Assembly (NCBI GenBank): GCA_030390025.1
Contig: CM059432.1
Coordinates: forward strand, 55,740,001-55,804,000
DNA length: 64,000 nt
From: Squalus acanthias
Lineage: Eukaryota
Reading direction: 5' to 3'
Shown: piece by piece, positions 1 to 12,520 of the stretch
Numbering within the stretch: the first letter of the stretch is position 1
Layout of the letters: each line of letters starts with the position of its first letter
The notes under the pieces: model-generated
Database searches by the model: none
Seen by the model: the letters and a program-made list of their open reading frames with translations, nothing else
What the model was told of the DNA's origin: nothing
Program-made: the position numbers and the translations under genes

Positions 1-239
1 GGGCGGCCATTTTTATTTTGGCCAACTGCTAGCACTTTCCCCTTTCACTTTTTTATGCGAGGTGCCGGCCGCGATCGCTCAGTTTGAGTGTAGGGCTGTT
101 TTCACGGCACCTCGCTCCTCCTGCTTGGGGCGCTACTACTGAATTTATGGGGGAGGGGGTGCTAACTTTTTCGGGGTGCTAAAATTAGCGCCCCGGCAAC
201 GTTAGCGCCCCAAAATGGGCACCACCCAATTTTTCCCCC
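1..239. mobile_element. Right end of a GGGGG-TIR Harbinger-type non-autonomous element (truncated by window edge)
   Basis: Ends in AATTTTTCCCCC and has repeated subterminal TAGCGCCC motifs, like the element at 10965-11856. Confidence 0.7.
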
Positions 240-364
240 CTAGTGTCTGGAATACCATCCACTGAAAAAAGTGGGCTCCATAAGAACATAAGAAAGTTCA
301 GAACAGAAAAGCATAATTTGGCTATCAAGCCTGCTCCTTCCACAGACTGCTGGTAGTGATTGCC

Positions 365-490
365 CGACCTTATATTTCACATAAGATCCTTATAGCCAGC
401 AGACTTTCATCCTGTCAGTCAGGGCTGGATTCTAAGTCAGTCCCAACAGTGAAAGTGCAGTGTGTTAAATCACAATTGCAACCAGTCCCA
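365..490 (-). mobile_element. Old LF-SINE-like fragment
   Basis: Minus strand reads ...AATCCAGCCCTGA...GATGAAAGTC...TAAGGATCTTATGTGAAAT. A similar fragment lies at ~42010-42110 (+). Recalled resemblance only. Confidence 0.35.
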
Positions 491-772
491 CAGATGATAC
501 TTTTGAACAGTGAAATGCAATGTTTCAAAAAATAGCTACTCAGCCATCAGGGAAATTCAAATATTTTAATGGGTGCAGATCATTGATGACAAACCAACCA
601 TCATTTTTAATTTTAATTCATTATAATGGATATTCAGGATAGCATTCCAGTGACATGTTAGGAATTTAAGTGTCATCAGTGTTTGTAAATACAGTTGATA
701 TCATAAAGGAAAGTATTTTGTTGTATAGCATACATTTTATTTAGTGTTCTCCCATTATCTCCTGAACACACG

Positions 773-2592
773 GGCCTAGAAATTGGTCTGCCCCCGAAAA
801 CGAGCGCGAGGATCGCAATGCGCTGGCAACCCGCGTCCGTTCAAAGGACTGCAGGCAGCACACGAACTTTGTGCTGCTTGCTCGTTTGCATGATTGTGGC
901 ATTTAGCCCAGTGCTGAATGCGCTGCTGAGTGGCTGAAGGCTCAGCAGGGGGCCCAAGTTTGTGCGAGGCTAGCACCAATTAAAGCTAGCCTGCACTACT
1001 TAAAGGCAGTCTGCACCTCTTAAAGGGGAGGTGCATTCTGCCTGCAGCAGATCATTCAACTGGCTGAGGAAGACAGTGCAAAAAAACAATTAATGATGGC
1101 ACAACAGGGGAGAGAGCATGCACCAAGGTTCTCCAATGCAGCACTGGAAGCATTGCTGCAGGAGATCAATAGGAGGAGAGAGGTCTTGTTTCCACAGGGA
1201 GCCAGGAGGCCTTCCAGGCAACAGACCAAAGTGAAGTGGGAGCAGATAGCCAATGTAGTAATTGCCAGCAGTGTAGCCCCGAGGACCTGGACAGAGTGCA
1301 GGAAGAAGATTAATAACCTCACACAAGTGGTCAAGGTGAGTGAATTCATCTTCAAATGCCATATCCCACCATCTGCACCACTAGCCTCACACACTACACA
1401 ATGCACCACACCCCCATCACTCACCTACCAACAATATCTACCAAACATGACTTACAGCTCACATTCACAGCTTCACCTCACCTTCACTCACTTACCACTG
1501 CTGCAAGAGTCACACCCACATCTGACAGCTTGCACACACTGTCAGCCATTCAACCATGACAGGCACATCACCCAAACACATAGACCACACTCACTGACAC
1601 ACTTCCCTTTCTCTTGCAGGAAAAGGTGGGGCATAAACGTCGCCAGCGGAACCTTGCGGGGGATAAGTGCGCCTGAATCACCTCACCCCCTTGGAAGAGA
1701 TGGTGGTGGGCATTCTTGGGAGGGGCATGGCTGAGACCGTGGCCAGCAGCGGGGCTGAAAGAATACAAGATGCTGGTATCCTCATACGTTATCCTCCTTC
1801 TCACATCCCACTTCCCCCTCATCCCACAATCTCTTCTAATTTACAATCTGCACATGGTGTAAGCCTGCACCTCTTGCTTTCCCCCCACCCCCACCTCCCC
1901 TCACCACAACCCTACCCTTGTGCCTTTCTCATTTCATATACCAAAGAAATCCAAACTGCCCAGCCAATAGTTGTAGAAGAAGAGAGAGAGGAGAGTGATG
2001 AAGAAGAAGAAACACCATTACTCGATCTGACAGTCGCAGCCACCAACTCAGATACTGACACGGCACGGCATTTAGAGTGTCGCTTTGAGGCGGGATCTGC
2101 ACGTGGTGAGTCACCAGGTGCTAGTGGGCTGCAGCCAGGGCAGGGGAAAAGGGTAACGCAAGTGCCAGCTCCCCAGAGGGCAAAGTTGCACATGAGTTCT
2201 ACTGCAGAGGATTCAGATGTGGACTTCGATGGAGCAGCCGACAGAAGAAGGCTGATGGGTATGCACAACAAAATGCTTGGTGCATTGGCAGGCCTGCCAG
2301 AAAGCCTGAGTGCAATGTCAAGGTGCATGGAGGAGTCTGGCACCAACCTTGCACAGGGCTTTGCACAAAGCTTGGAGCCCATGATTTTCAGCATGAAAGG
2401 GGCGGGCAGATCCATTAGTGCACTTGTGGACCCAACCATGATGCAGCGTCTGATGGCCGATGTCTCAGCTGCCATTGCAGCACAAGCACGAGCCACCCTA
2501 CGTCTGAGTGCTGCAGTGGAAGCTCAGACTGAAGTCATGCAAGCTCAGACTGCTCTCATGCAGGCTCAGCTTGCTGCCACGCAAGCTCAGAC
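773..2592 (+). mobile_element. PIF/Harbinger DNA transposon, left part (cut off at a CR1)
   Basis: Starts with TIR-like GGCCTAGAAATTGG, then a CpG-rich subterminal region, then a Myb/SANT gene. Confidence 0.8.
1096..2592 (+). pseudogene. Harbinger Myb/SANT-like DNA-binding protein, 3 exons (1096-1335, 1620-1775, 1938-2592), disabled
   Basis: Trihelix-type motif APRFSNAALEALLQEI...W...W..CRKKINNL. GTGAGT donor at 1336, TTGCAG acceptor at 1619, frameshift in exon 2, second acceptor reads CAT instead of CAG (1935-1937), C-terminus cut by CR1. Confidence 0.8.
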
Positions 2593-4276
2593 GTCACAAA
2601 AGAGAAGGACGATGCAGACATTGTAGTTAAGGAGGAGTGTGAAATATTAGATGAGATAAACATAGTGAGAGAGGAAGTATTAAGGGGTTTAGCATCTTTG
2701 AAAGTAGATAAATCATCAGGCCCGGATGAAATTTATCCCAGGCTGTTAAGAGAAGCAAGGGAGGAAATAGCAGAGGCTCTGACCATCATTTTTCAATCCT
2801 CTCTGGCTACAGGTGTGGTGCCAGAGGACTGGAGGACTGCTAACATTGTATCATTGTTTAAAAAGGGAGAAAGGGATAGACCGAGCAATTAAAGGCCAGT
2901 CAGCCTAACCTCGGTGGTGGGCAAATTGTTGGAAAATATTCTGAGGGACAGTATTAATCATCATTTAGAAAGGCATGGATTAATCAAGGACAGTCAGCAT
3001 GGATTTGTTAAGGGAAGGTTGTGTCTGACTAACTTGATTGAACTTTTTGAGGAGATAACAAGGAGGGTTGAGGAGGGTAGTGCATTTGATGTAGTTTACA
3101 TTGATTTTAGCAAGGCTTTTGACAAGGTCTCACATGGCAGACTGGTCAGAAATGTAAAAGCCCATGGGATCCAAGGGAAAGTGACAAGTTGGATCCAAAA
3201 TTGGCTCAGTGGCAGGAAGCAAAGGGTAATAGTCGATGGATGTTTTTGTGACTGGAAAGCTGTTTCCAGTGGGGTTCCGCAGGGCTCAGTACTCTCGGTC
3301 CCTTGCTTTTTGTGGTATACATCAATGATTTAGACTTCAATGTAAGGGGCGTGAGTAAGAAGTTTGCAGATGATACAAAAAATGGCTGTGTGGTTGATAG
3401 TGAGGAAGAAAACTGTAGACTGCAGGAAGATATCAATGGACTGGCCAGGTGGGCAGAAAAGTGGCAAATGGAATTCAATCTGGAGAGGTGTGAGGTAATG
3501 CATTTGGGGAGGGCTAACAAGGCAAGGGAATACACAATAAATGGTAGGATACTGAGAAGTGTAGAGGAACAGAGGGACCTTGGAGTGCATGTCCACAGAT
3601 TCTTGAAGGTAGCAGGACAAGTAGATAAGGTGGTTATGAAGGCATACAGGATATTTTCCTTTATTAGCTGAGGCACAGAATATAAGAGCAGGGAGGTTAT
3701 GCTTGAACTGTATAAAACACTAGTTAGGCCACAGCTGTATAGTTCTGGTCACCACATTACAGGAAAGATGTGATTGCACTGGAGAGGGTACAAAGGAGAT
3801 TTACGAAGATGTTGCCTGGACTGGATAATTTTAGCTATGAGGAAAGATTGGATAGGCTGGGGTTGTTTTCTTTGGAACAGAGAAGGCTGAGTGGAGACTT
3901 GATTGAGGTGTATAAAATTATGAGGGGCCTAGATAGAGTGGCTAGGAAGGACCTATTTCACTTAGCAGAAAGGTCAATAACCGGGGGCATAGATTTAAAG
4001 TAATTGGTAGAAGGATTAGAGAGGAGTTGAGGAGAACTTTTTTCACCCAAAGGGTTGGGGGGTCTGGAACTCACTGCCTGAAAGGGTGGTAGAGGCAGAA
4101 ACCCTTATCACTTTTAAGAAGTACTTGGATATGCACTTGAGGTGCTGTAACCTACAAGGCTATGGACCAAGAGCTGGAAAGTGGGATTAGGCTGGATAGC
4201 TCTTTTTCGACCGGCGCAGACACGATAGGCCGAATGGCCTCCTTCTGTGCTGTAAATTTCTATGATTCTATGATTC
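2593..4276 (+). mobile_element. CR1 LINE, 5'-truncated, RT with stops/frameshifts
   Basis: KSSGPDEIYPR, QHGF, DFSKAFDKV, SGVPQGSVL and FADD motifs; (TTCTATGA)n tail. Confidence 0.95.
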
Positions 4277-4557
4277 ACTTGTCGCGTGAGCTCACAGATG
4301 AAAGCTAGTCATTTGGTAAGGCACTGGGGGACTGTGACACTTGTGATACCATATCCAGCATGAGCCAGAAATTCAAGATAAAAGGAGAAAAAGTGTAGAC
4401 AGCTGGTGAGGGGGAGAAGGCAAACATATTATCCTGAGTCTTTTACATCTTCATAGCAAGTAGTTACTAGCGCAGCCATGGGGTCACGTTGTTATTAGGG
4501 AATGCCATGAAGTACATGACTTAAAAAGAATGAGAAAACTAATGACAGTAATAGATG

Positions 4558-4763
4558 TGAGAAGTCGCACAACACCAGGTTATAGTCCAACAGCTTTATT
4601 TAAAATCACAAGCTTTCGGAGCGCTGCTCCATCGTCAGGTCACCTGACAAAGGAGCAGCGCTCCGAAAGCTTGTGATTTCAAATAAAGCTGTTGGACTAT
4701 AACCTGGTGTTGTGCAACTTCTCACATTTGTCCACCCCAGTCCAACACCGGCATCTCCACATC
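4558..4763. mobile_element. Penelope pseudo-LTR inverted pair (palindrome) with 13-bp TSD
   Basis: 86-bp arms 4555-4640 and 4642-4727, 1-nt spacer, 4 mismatches. Same sequence as the 3' end of the Penelope at 48724-49762. TSD ACAGTAATAGATG at 4545-4557 and 4764-4776. Confidence 0.9.
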
Positions 4764-6185
4764 ACAGTAATAGATGGGAGGAGGAAATTATTCAACTTGG
4801 TTTATTATTTAAAAAAGCACAATTATTTTGGTTTTTTCCAATTGTCCAAATTTATAAAATCAGTAATATAGCCAGTTTTGCTTTCTGTTAACTTTACACT
4901 CTCTAGGGGTCAACTTAACTCTTAGACAAAACCGTTAGACATGTTCTATTGCATGTGCTCAGCAGGTTAACTATTCATCAGCCTTGTAGAGGTTTACAGG
5001 TGAATCTGTCCTGCACATCTAGTTCATTGCCATTAACAAGTAACAAGAATAGAGGGTTATGCTGACAGAGTTAGTTGAGGAAGCATAGGAGGAGGCTTGA
5101 GTGGAACATAAATGCCGGCATGACTGGTTGGGCCAAATGGCCTGTTTCTGTGCTGTATATTCGATGTAATTCTATGGAAGTACTCCTTGGGACCTGCCTG
5201 GGGCTCAAGAAGTTTATCACTAACAGTTCACCAAAATCACACTGTAAGTAGCAGATACTGTTCACTACCTGATGTTTCCAGTAGGAGTTGTAATGGAGAA
5301 GGGAAAACAACAAAACCTGAGTTTAATGAATCTTATTATTTCATAAATTTTATCTAGAACCTCTGAAAGAAAAATTGTATTGTTTTAGAAACCTACCTAT
5401 CTGCTGCTTCAAAGGTGAGGGGTAGGGGAGAGGAGAGAAGACAGAAAAAAACACCCATTGCTATCTGTTCCGTGGTTGATGTCATTATGTCTTCCCGAAT
5501 ATAGATGTGCATTGTCTGGCATCATACTGGCTTAGAAACCACAGTAAGTCGATAGTTCTGTTTATCCTACAGCTCATATACACATTTAAGGATAAAAATT
5601 GTGATCCTCTACTGCTTATCTCTGACCAATGCTCACATCTAACAATGCTCTCAACTGTCTGCAGAGCCTCACAATTTCTGCCCTTTGTTCTGATCTGAAA
5701 ACTGAAAGTCATCCCTTAGCGATTATACTTAATAGTTTTTTACATTCAATTCAAGTGCCAGATGCTGTTAAATCATAGTGCAATGTTTTCTTTTCCTGAA
5801 GACAAGCACTTTATTTTTAAGTTAATGTTCCTCCCACCAATACAATTTTCCCCTCTCCTCATGCTGGCTAAAGTCAACTTTCATATGCAGAGGCCACTAT
5901 TCAATATCACACCCAAATGGCCATTCTTCATGTATGAGCCTAAAAGTGAATGGCAGGCCATTCAACCGTGGGGGGACCACAGTCTAGCACAACCCGGTTG
6001 GCACCCAACAAAAGACTGAAAGGCTTTCCTTTAACTCCAGTATGAAGCAGTATATCATTATGTCAATAACTGAAGTATAGTTTTCAACAACAGTAAATTA
6101 CTACTCCAGCACACAAATACAATACTCTATTTACACCTCCAGCAAGGTGTTTATGTGTCAAGCCCCTTCCCGGGTATCAAATAAT

Positions 6186-6662
6186 GATCCAGAATTTGCC
6201 GTCAGCAGCAAAGTGAAGGCATTCACTGTTGGCCCCAAAGTACACTTCGCACAAGGATCTCGTGATCCCCGTGTCGAGAACTTCGGGTTTTCCGACATTC
6301 AATTGAAATCAACGAAGTATAGTGGGGATCCCCTTGTGCAAACTACTGTGACATCAACAAGCTGTCTGAGCAGCCAATCAAAAGACAGAATTCTTACAGA
6401 CAGCGAACAAGGAAGTGAGTAAGCTCTTAAAATTCTAACTTTTTAAAAATGTTAGAGAGAGCAGAACAAAGAGTGGGGCTCTCACATAGGAAAAAGGCAA
6501 ACCTGAAATAAAGATGGACAAACTATTTAAAAAAAATTAAGTTTCTTAAAATTTTTAATTTTTATTAAATGGACAAATTGCACACTGCACAAAATTAAAG
6601 TAAGTTTTCCAGGCCCTTAACCTTTGTTTAGCAGTAATAACACTGTCAAAAGAGCAATACCC
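6186..6662. mobile_element. Truncated Harbinger-type MITE related to 24303-25064 (opposite orientation)
   Basis: GATCCAGAATTTGCCGTCAG...GTTGGCC...GATCTCG aligns by eye with the reverse complement of 24950-25064; flanked by AAT. Confidence 0.6.
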
Positions 6663-8513
6663 ATTTCTTTATTTGTAATTATTAGTTTTGTTTTTCCACA
6701 TCTGTAAGCAACATAATCTGTATGTCAATCCCTTTAACATAAAATTGGTCCACTTCATGGCTAGTTCTGTAACATTACGATCAAGACATTTTACATTTAT
6801 GCCACTGTAGTTTAAAACTTTTGTTTTTTCGTTACAAAAAATGATAATTAACCTACAGATTATATTGCAGACTTTTGAGACTTGAATTGTGATTGGTCCT
6901 TAACTTTATATTCAATTTTCAAGGGTTTACAACTCTTCAAATCCACTCCTATGCAAAACAAACCACAACCTATTGTTAATGATTCAGGAGACTCTTCAGA
7001 AATGGAGTTGTAATCCTGTTGATGATGGTGAAAGCAGGTAGTCTGCTGAAACCTAGGGCTGCACATACATTCCAATTATGCAAAGTGCTGAGCAGCTGTG
7101 AAGACCTGCATCACTCTCACAGGATCGAGACAAATCAGTGGAGGTCCTATAAAAAGGTCCATCAAGTTTAATAATTGCCACTTCTCCACAGTAAGTCATT
7201 ATAAAGTAGCACTGACCATGACCTTCTTATTCCTGGAACATCCCCTATTGTAATTATGGGGCCCACTGGGTCCTCATTAATCATGCTGTGTAAAAGGTAG
7301 GTGACAGCTATTGTGACACAGCTGCAGTACAGCATACGGGCAAATGTAAAAAATTTTTTAAAAGTTTTCTCCAAGAGTAAACTGATTCTTTCTCAAAGAA
7401 AATCCACATTTGTCAATTATTTAAAAAACTACTCCATCCCCGCTACCCTCCCCCCCCCCCCCCCCCCCGCCACCCCCCACCACCACCACCCCCAATAAAG
7501 TGCATTTGAAATTTGGAAGACTGCATAATTTCCCACATTTATTTTTTGATTAAGTATACCTCATGCTGCCCTTTTTCATCTTTTCCAGTCACTAAAATTA
7601 TTCTTCATCTATTAGATGAGTTTATAATATTTAAAAGATTATCATTTCTCTAAACATAACTATATGTTGACAATGTGATTTCAGTAAAGTTTAATGATGG
7701 TCAAGTGAAATCTAATGTTATGTCCACTTGACCTATCAAAACAGTAGAATCTGATGTTCCAAACAGGTTGGCCTCGATATTAACCACCCCACGACAAGCA
7801 GGAGAGGGTCGGTGGGAGGGGGGTTTAAAATCAGGGAATGTGTCTCCAAATCGCCGTGTGCATGCCTGCTACAATTTTCACGGTTTTGTAGCGTCTGAGT
7901 GTCCCACCGTGGAGAGGCTTATTTAAATCAGGCTCCCACAGTGCAATGGGAGCCTGATTTAAATTTAACAGTTGTCGCGCAGGTTTCCCACCGCTAGGGA
8001 AACCCAGCAGCGAAAGGGAGATGAGAGCTGCTGGCTCAAGAAGGTAAGTGGCTTTTACAGCACACCTTGTGTGCCAGGAGGAGCGGGAGTGCTGCCCCGG
8101 CCCCTCAAGGAGGCTTTCAGCCTCCCCTCTGCTGATCGCGGCCCCTCTATCTTTCCTGCTACAATCGCAATCACCCACTCCCGCCAAGCACTGATGTCCT
8201 CGCCATGCTGCGATCGCAACCAACCACACCCTCCCCAAGGACCACCGGCCTTCCCCTCTCCCACGATGGCCTCTCTCTCCCCCCAATCCCAAGCACCAAT
8301 TTCCAGCCTTCCCGCCTCCCGTGATTGCCTCTCTTTTCCCCAAACCCCCCCCAGTCCCGATCTACAGCCTTTCCCCCTCCCGTTTGCCAGGGACCATCGC
8401 CAAGGGTCCCTGGCTGCAGCTTCCTGCCGCTGGTTTTCCAGCCCAGCCAACCTGTCAATTTGGCCGGCAGCTGGGCGGGAAACAGAAGAAAAAAATTATA
8501 ATCAGATCCTTAT

Positions 8514-9112
8514 AGTGTCAGCCATGGATCAGTTGGTAGCACTCTCGCCTCTGAGTCAGAAGGTTGTGAGTTCAAGTCCCACTCCAGAGTCTTGAGCACA
8601 AAAATCTAGGCTAACAGTGCAGTACTGAGGGAGAGCTGTACTGTCGGAGGTGCCCTCTTTCGAATGAGATGTTAAACTGAGGCCCCATCTGCTCTCTCAG
8701 GTGGATGTAAAAGATCCCATGGCACTATTTCGAAGAAGAGCAGGGGAGTTATCCCTGGTGCCTTGCCAATATTTCTCCCTCAATCAACATCACTAAAATA
8801 ACAGATGATCTGGTCATTATCACATTGCTGTTTGTGGGAGCTTGCTGTGTGCAAATTGGCTGCCGCGTTTCCTACATTACAACAGTGACTACACTTCAAA
8901 AGTATTTAATTGGCTGTAAAGCGCTTTGGGATTTCCTGAGATCGTGAAAGGCACTATATAAATGTTCTGATGAAAGGTCATCGACCTGAAATGTTAACTC
9001 TGTTTCTCTCTCCACAGATGCTGCCTGACCTGCTGAGTACTTCCAGCATTTTCTGTTTTTACTTCAGATTTCCAGCCTCCGCAGTATTTTGCTTTTATAT
9101 AAATGCAAGTCT
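8514..9112 (+). mobile_element. SacSINE1-like DeuSINE, near full length
   Basis: tRNA head with A/B boxes (GGATCAGTTGG; GTTCAAGTCC), Deu-domain text GTAAAAGATCCCATGGCACTATTTCGAAGAAGAGCAGGGGAGTT, L2-like tail TATATAAATGCAAG. Confidence 0.85.
8965..9095 (+). mobile_element. Solo Penelope pseudo-LTR with hammerhead motif, 10-bp TSD
   Basis: CTGATGA-A-AGGTCatcGACCT-GAAA; matches the end of the Penelope at 53304-53405. TSD TATATAAATG at 8955-8964 and 9096-9105. Confidence 0.85.
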
Positions 9113-9402
9113 GCCTGTCTGTCCGTCCTGCCATTAAATTCAACAGGACCTCTGTGTTCCAGCCTGGTCGAGTTCCCCGCCGTTTTCGCCCTCCCCCGCC
9201 TCACTGTAAATATTGAGGCCATTATGACTGGAAACAGCATTGTGAGCTATATAACATCAAGGCGAGATGATGGTGGTTATAGGTCTACTAGTGATGATGA
9301 AAGTCGTGAGTTATTTGTGATGAAAAATTAAGAGTAGCACAGAAGCATGTCACACAACATGTGTGCTTAATTATAATATTTTCTAAAAAGTATTCACAGA
9401 GA

Positions 9403-9795
9403 ACTTGCATTTATGTAGTGCCTTATCACATTTCAGAAACATTCCAAAGCTTTTACATTGTGTAGCTAGCTACTGTTTTTGTTTTGAATAAACACAGCAG
9501 AAATGTTGTATATAGCAAGGTCTCACTGAACAATGAGAATGCTGACCAGGACAATGGAAGAACTCCCTGCTCTTCTTCGAATATTCTACAGGATCTTTAA
9601 CATCAACCTGAACAGGAAGATTGAACCTCAAGCTTAATGTCTCATCCAAAGGACGGTATCTCCAACATTGGAGCATATCCTCAGTACTGCACCGTAGTGT
9701 AAACCAGATTATGTCCTCATAGCCAGGAAAGAGAGTTGAAACAACAACCTTCTGACTCAGAGGTGAGAGTGCTACCAAACAGGCAAGCTGACACT
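9403..9795 (-). mobile_element. Degenerate SacSINE1-like SINE
   Basis: Reverse-complement similarity to 8514-9112. Confidence 0.75.
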
Positions 9796-10015
9796 TGATA
9801 CCAATAATAACAGCTTGCATTTATATAGCACCTTTAAAAACATCCCAAGGTGTATCAGAGAAGTGTAATCAAAAATCAACGTCAAGCCAAAGAAGAGGGG
9901 TGATCAAAAGGTTGGTCAAAGAGATGGATTATAAGGAGGGTCTTAAAGGAGAATAGGGTGGTGGACAGTCGGAGAGGTTTAGGGAGGGCATTCCAGAGTG
10001 TGGGGCCTAGGCGGC

Positions 10016-12520
10016 CTCAAGGAAACTAATACTGAATCAGGGACAGGGACTCAATAAAATTAATGTAAATAAAATAATGGCACTAAAGAGTGACAAATCC
10101 CCAGGACCAGGTGGTTTCCATCCCAAGGTTTTAAAGGAAGTAGGTGAGGACATTACAGATGCTATAACTATAATCTTCCAAATTTCTCTCGATTCAGGAA
10201 CCGTTCCTTTAGATTAGAAAATTGCACATGTCACTCCGCTATTTAAAAATAGTGAGAGAGGGAAACCAGGGAATTATAGACCAGTTAGCCTAACATCTGT
10301 TGTCGGGAAATTGCTAGAGTCTATAATTAAGGATAGTGTGGCTGAACACCTGAAAATTTTCAGTTGATCAGAGAGAGCCAGCATGGATTTGTGAAAGGTA
10401 GGTCATGCCTGACAAACCTGGTTGAATTTTTTGAAGAGGTGACTAAAGTAGTGGACAGGGGAAAGTCTATGGATATTATGTATATAGACTTTCAGAAGGC
10501 ATTTGATAAAGTCCCACATAAGAGACTGTTAACTAAGGTAGAAGCCCATGGAATTGAGGGCAAATTATTGACCTGGTTAGGAAATTGGCTGAGTGGCAGG
10601 AGACAGGCAGTAGGGATAATGGGTAGGTACTCAAATTGGCAGGAGGTGACTAGTGGTGTCACACAGGGATCTGTGTTGGGGCCTCAACTATTCAAAGTAT
10701 TTATTAACGACTTAAATGATGGCATAGAAAGTCATATATCCAAATTTGCCGATGACACAAAGATAGGTGGCATTGTAGGCAGTATAGATGAAGCATAAAA
10801 TTACAAAGGGATATTGATAGATTAAGTGAATGGGCAAAACTGTGGCAAATGGATTTCAATGTAGGAAAATGTGAGGTCATCCACTTTGAACATCGATCCT
10901 ATTTTTAGCCTTTCACTTTCTAAATGGTGAAAAGCTAAAAATAGTGGTGGTCTAAAGAGACTTGGGGGGAGAAATTCAGTCTCGCCCCATTTGGGGCGCA
11001 ATTATCGGCCGGGCGCAAAGATTAGCGCCTGGCGCTAATTATCGCCACTGACTGCAAACTTGACTTTTATCGCCCTTGGAGGTGATTGGAGCGCTAAATC
11101 AGGCGCTTCACACCTGTCTTAAGGCGCAAAGGCCGAGGAGCGAGGCGCTACTTCAGAGCGCTGGCGAAGCTCATGCGATGTCAGTCAGCAATGGAACACA
11201 CACACAATGGCACCGGCCAGTTCTTAAAGGGGATGGTTGATCTTGCTTTCAATCCACATCCTGCTCATTGCAGCCTTGAATCTCTGCCTGGAGAGACCTG
11301 CACATCAAATCTGCTGGAAAGAACAATGGAGAGTACCAGGGAAAGAGCTTAGAGTGCAGCCCCCACAGTCTCTTCTAAATCGATACAAGGAATGGCAAAT
11401 CAAAATGAACCTGCAAAGTGCTGCTCAGTGCCCAAAACTCCTTCACACAGAGTTGAATCTCTCCAGAAGTCTCTCTCTCTCTCTCTCAGAATGCGTGGTT
11501 CAAAAATGGCACCAACAATAAAAGGCAGGAAGCGGTCGCCTTTAAATAGCGCTCCCCAGTCCCTTCATGACTGCAATTCGCTCCCCTCAACCTGTCGTTG
11601 CTAGCGTCAGGCGGTAAGGCAGGGGGCGCTACTCAATATCTGCTCCGGGGCGATACCGGGGCGTTGCGCACTCGACTGACGTCACGATCTGCCGGCGCAG
11701 GAGATCGTGGCGGTAGTGTTTAGCGCCGCCGCAAAATGTCTAGTTAATTTTGCGAGCGGCGCAAACATAGCCGCGCCTGGGCGCTAGATGCTTTGCGCCC
11801 CATTAGCGCCCTCTTAAGGCGCTAACGGGAGGCGCAACCAACTGAATTTTTCCCCCTTGGGATCCAGGTACATAGATCAATAAAATGTCGTGAACAGGTA
11901 CAGAAAATAATCAAAACGGCTGATGGGATGCTGGCCTTTATATCTAGAGGACTAGAATACAAGGGGATAGAAGTTATGCTGCAGCTATACAAAACTCTGG
12001 TTAGACCACACCTGGAGTACTATGAGCAGTTCTGGGCACCACACCTTAGGTAGGATATATTGGCCTTGGAGGGAGTGCAGCGTTGGTTTACCAGAATGAT
12101 ATCCGGACTTCAAGGGTTAAGTTATGAGGAGAGATTACACAAATTTGGGTTGTATTCCCTAGAATTTAAAGGTTAAGGGGTGATCTGATCGAAGTTTTCA
12201 AGATATTAAAGGGAACAGATAGAGTAGATAGAGAGAAACTATTTCCACTGGTTGGGGATTCTAGGACTAGGGGGCATTGTCTAAAAATTAGAGCCAGACC
12301 TTTCAGGAGTGAAATTAGGAAACACTTCTACACACAAAGGGTGGTAGAAGTTTGGAACTCTCTTCCGCAAACGGCAATTGATGCTAGATCAATTGTTAAT
12401 TTTAAATCAGAGATTGATAGCTTTCTGTTAACCAAAGATATTAAGGGATATGGGCCAAAGGCGGGTATATGGAGTTAGGTCGCAAATCAGCTGAATGGCC
12501 TACTCCTGTTCCTATGTTCC
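10016..12520 (+). mobile_element. CR1 LINE, 5'-truncated, interrupted by a Harbinger MITE
   Basis: ORF 10364-10798 with QHGF/DFQKAFDKV/FADD; tail CCTATGTTCCT. Confidence 0.92.
10965..11856. mobile_element. Harbinger-type MITE (GGGGG TIR), 892 bp
   Basis: TIR GGGGGAGAAATTCAGT / ACTGAATTTTTCCCCC (15/16); perfect 3-bp TSD TTG (10962-10964, 11857-11859); second copy at 55025-55664. Confidence 0.92.

Larger units (their letters stand above)
7770..9220. mobile_element. Harbinger-type MITE (GGCC TIR) with nested SINE and pLTR
   Basis: TIRs GGCCTCGATATT / AATATTGAGGCC; 3-bp flanks GTT (7767-7769) and ATT (9221-9223). Confidence 0.8.

Noticed and set aside
1093..2626. Domesticated MSANTD-type host gene
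   Set aside because: Lies behind a TIR, has a frameshift and a dead acceptor, and is truncated by CR1.
6860..7150. Possible terminal exons (plus GLQLFKSTPMQ...SEMEL*, minus GPPLICLDPVRV...HFA*)
   Set aside because: Short, no recognisable homology, and no chain of supporting exons.
7831..8595. Overlapping 130-207 aa ORFs
   Set aside because: GC-rich MITE interior running into a SINE; no domain signature.
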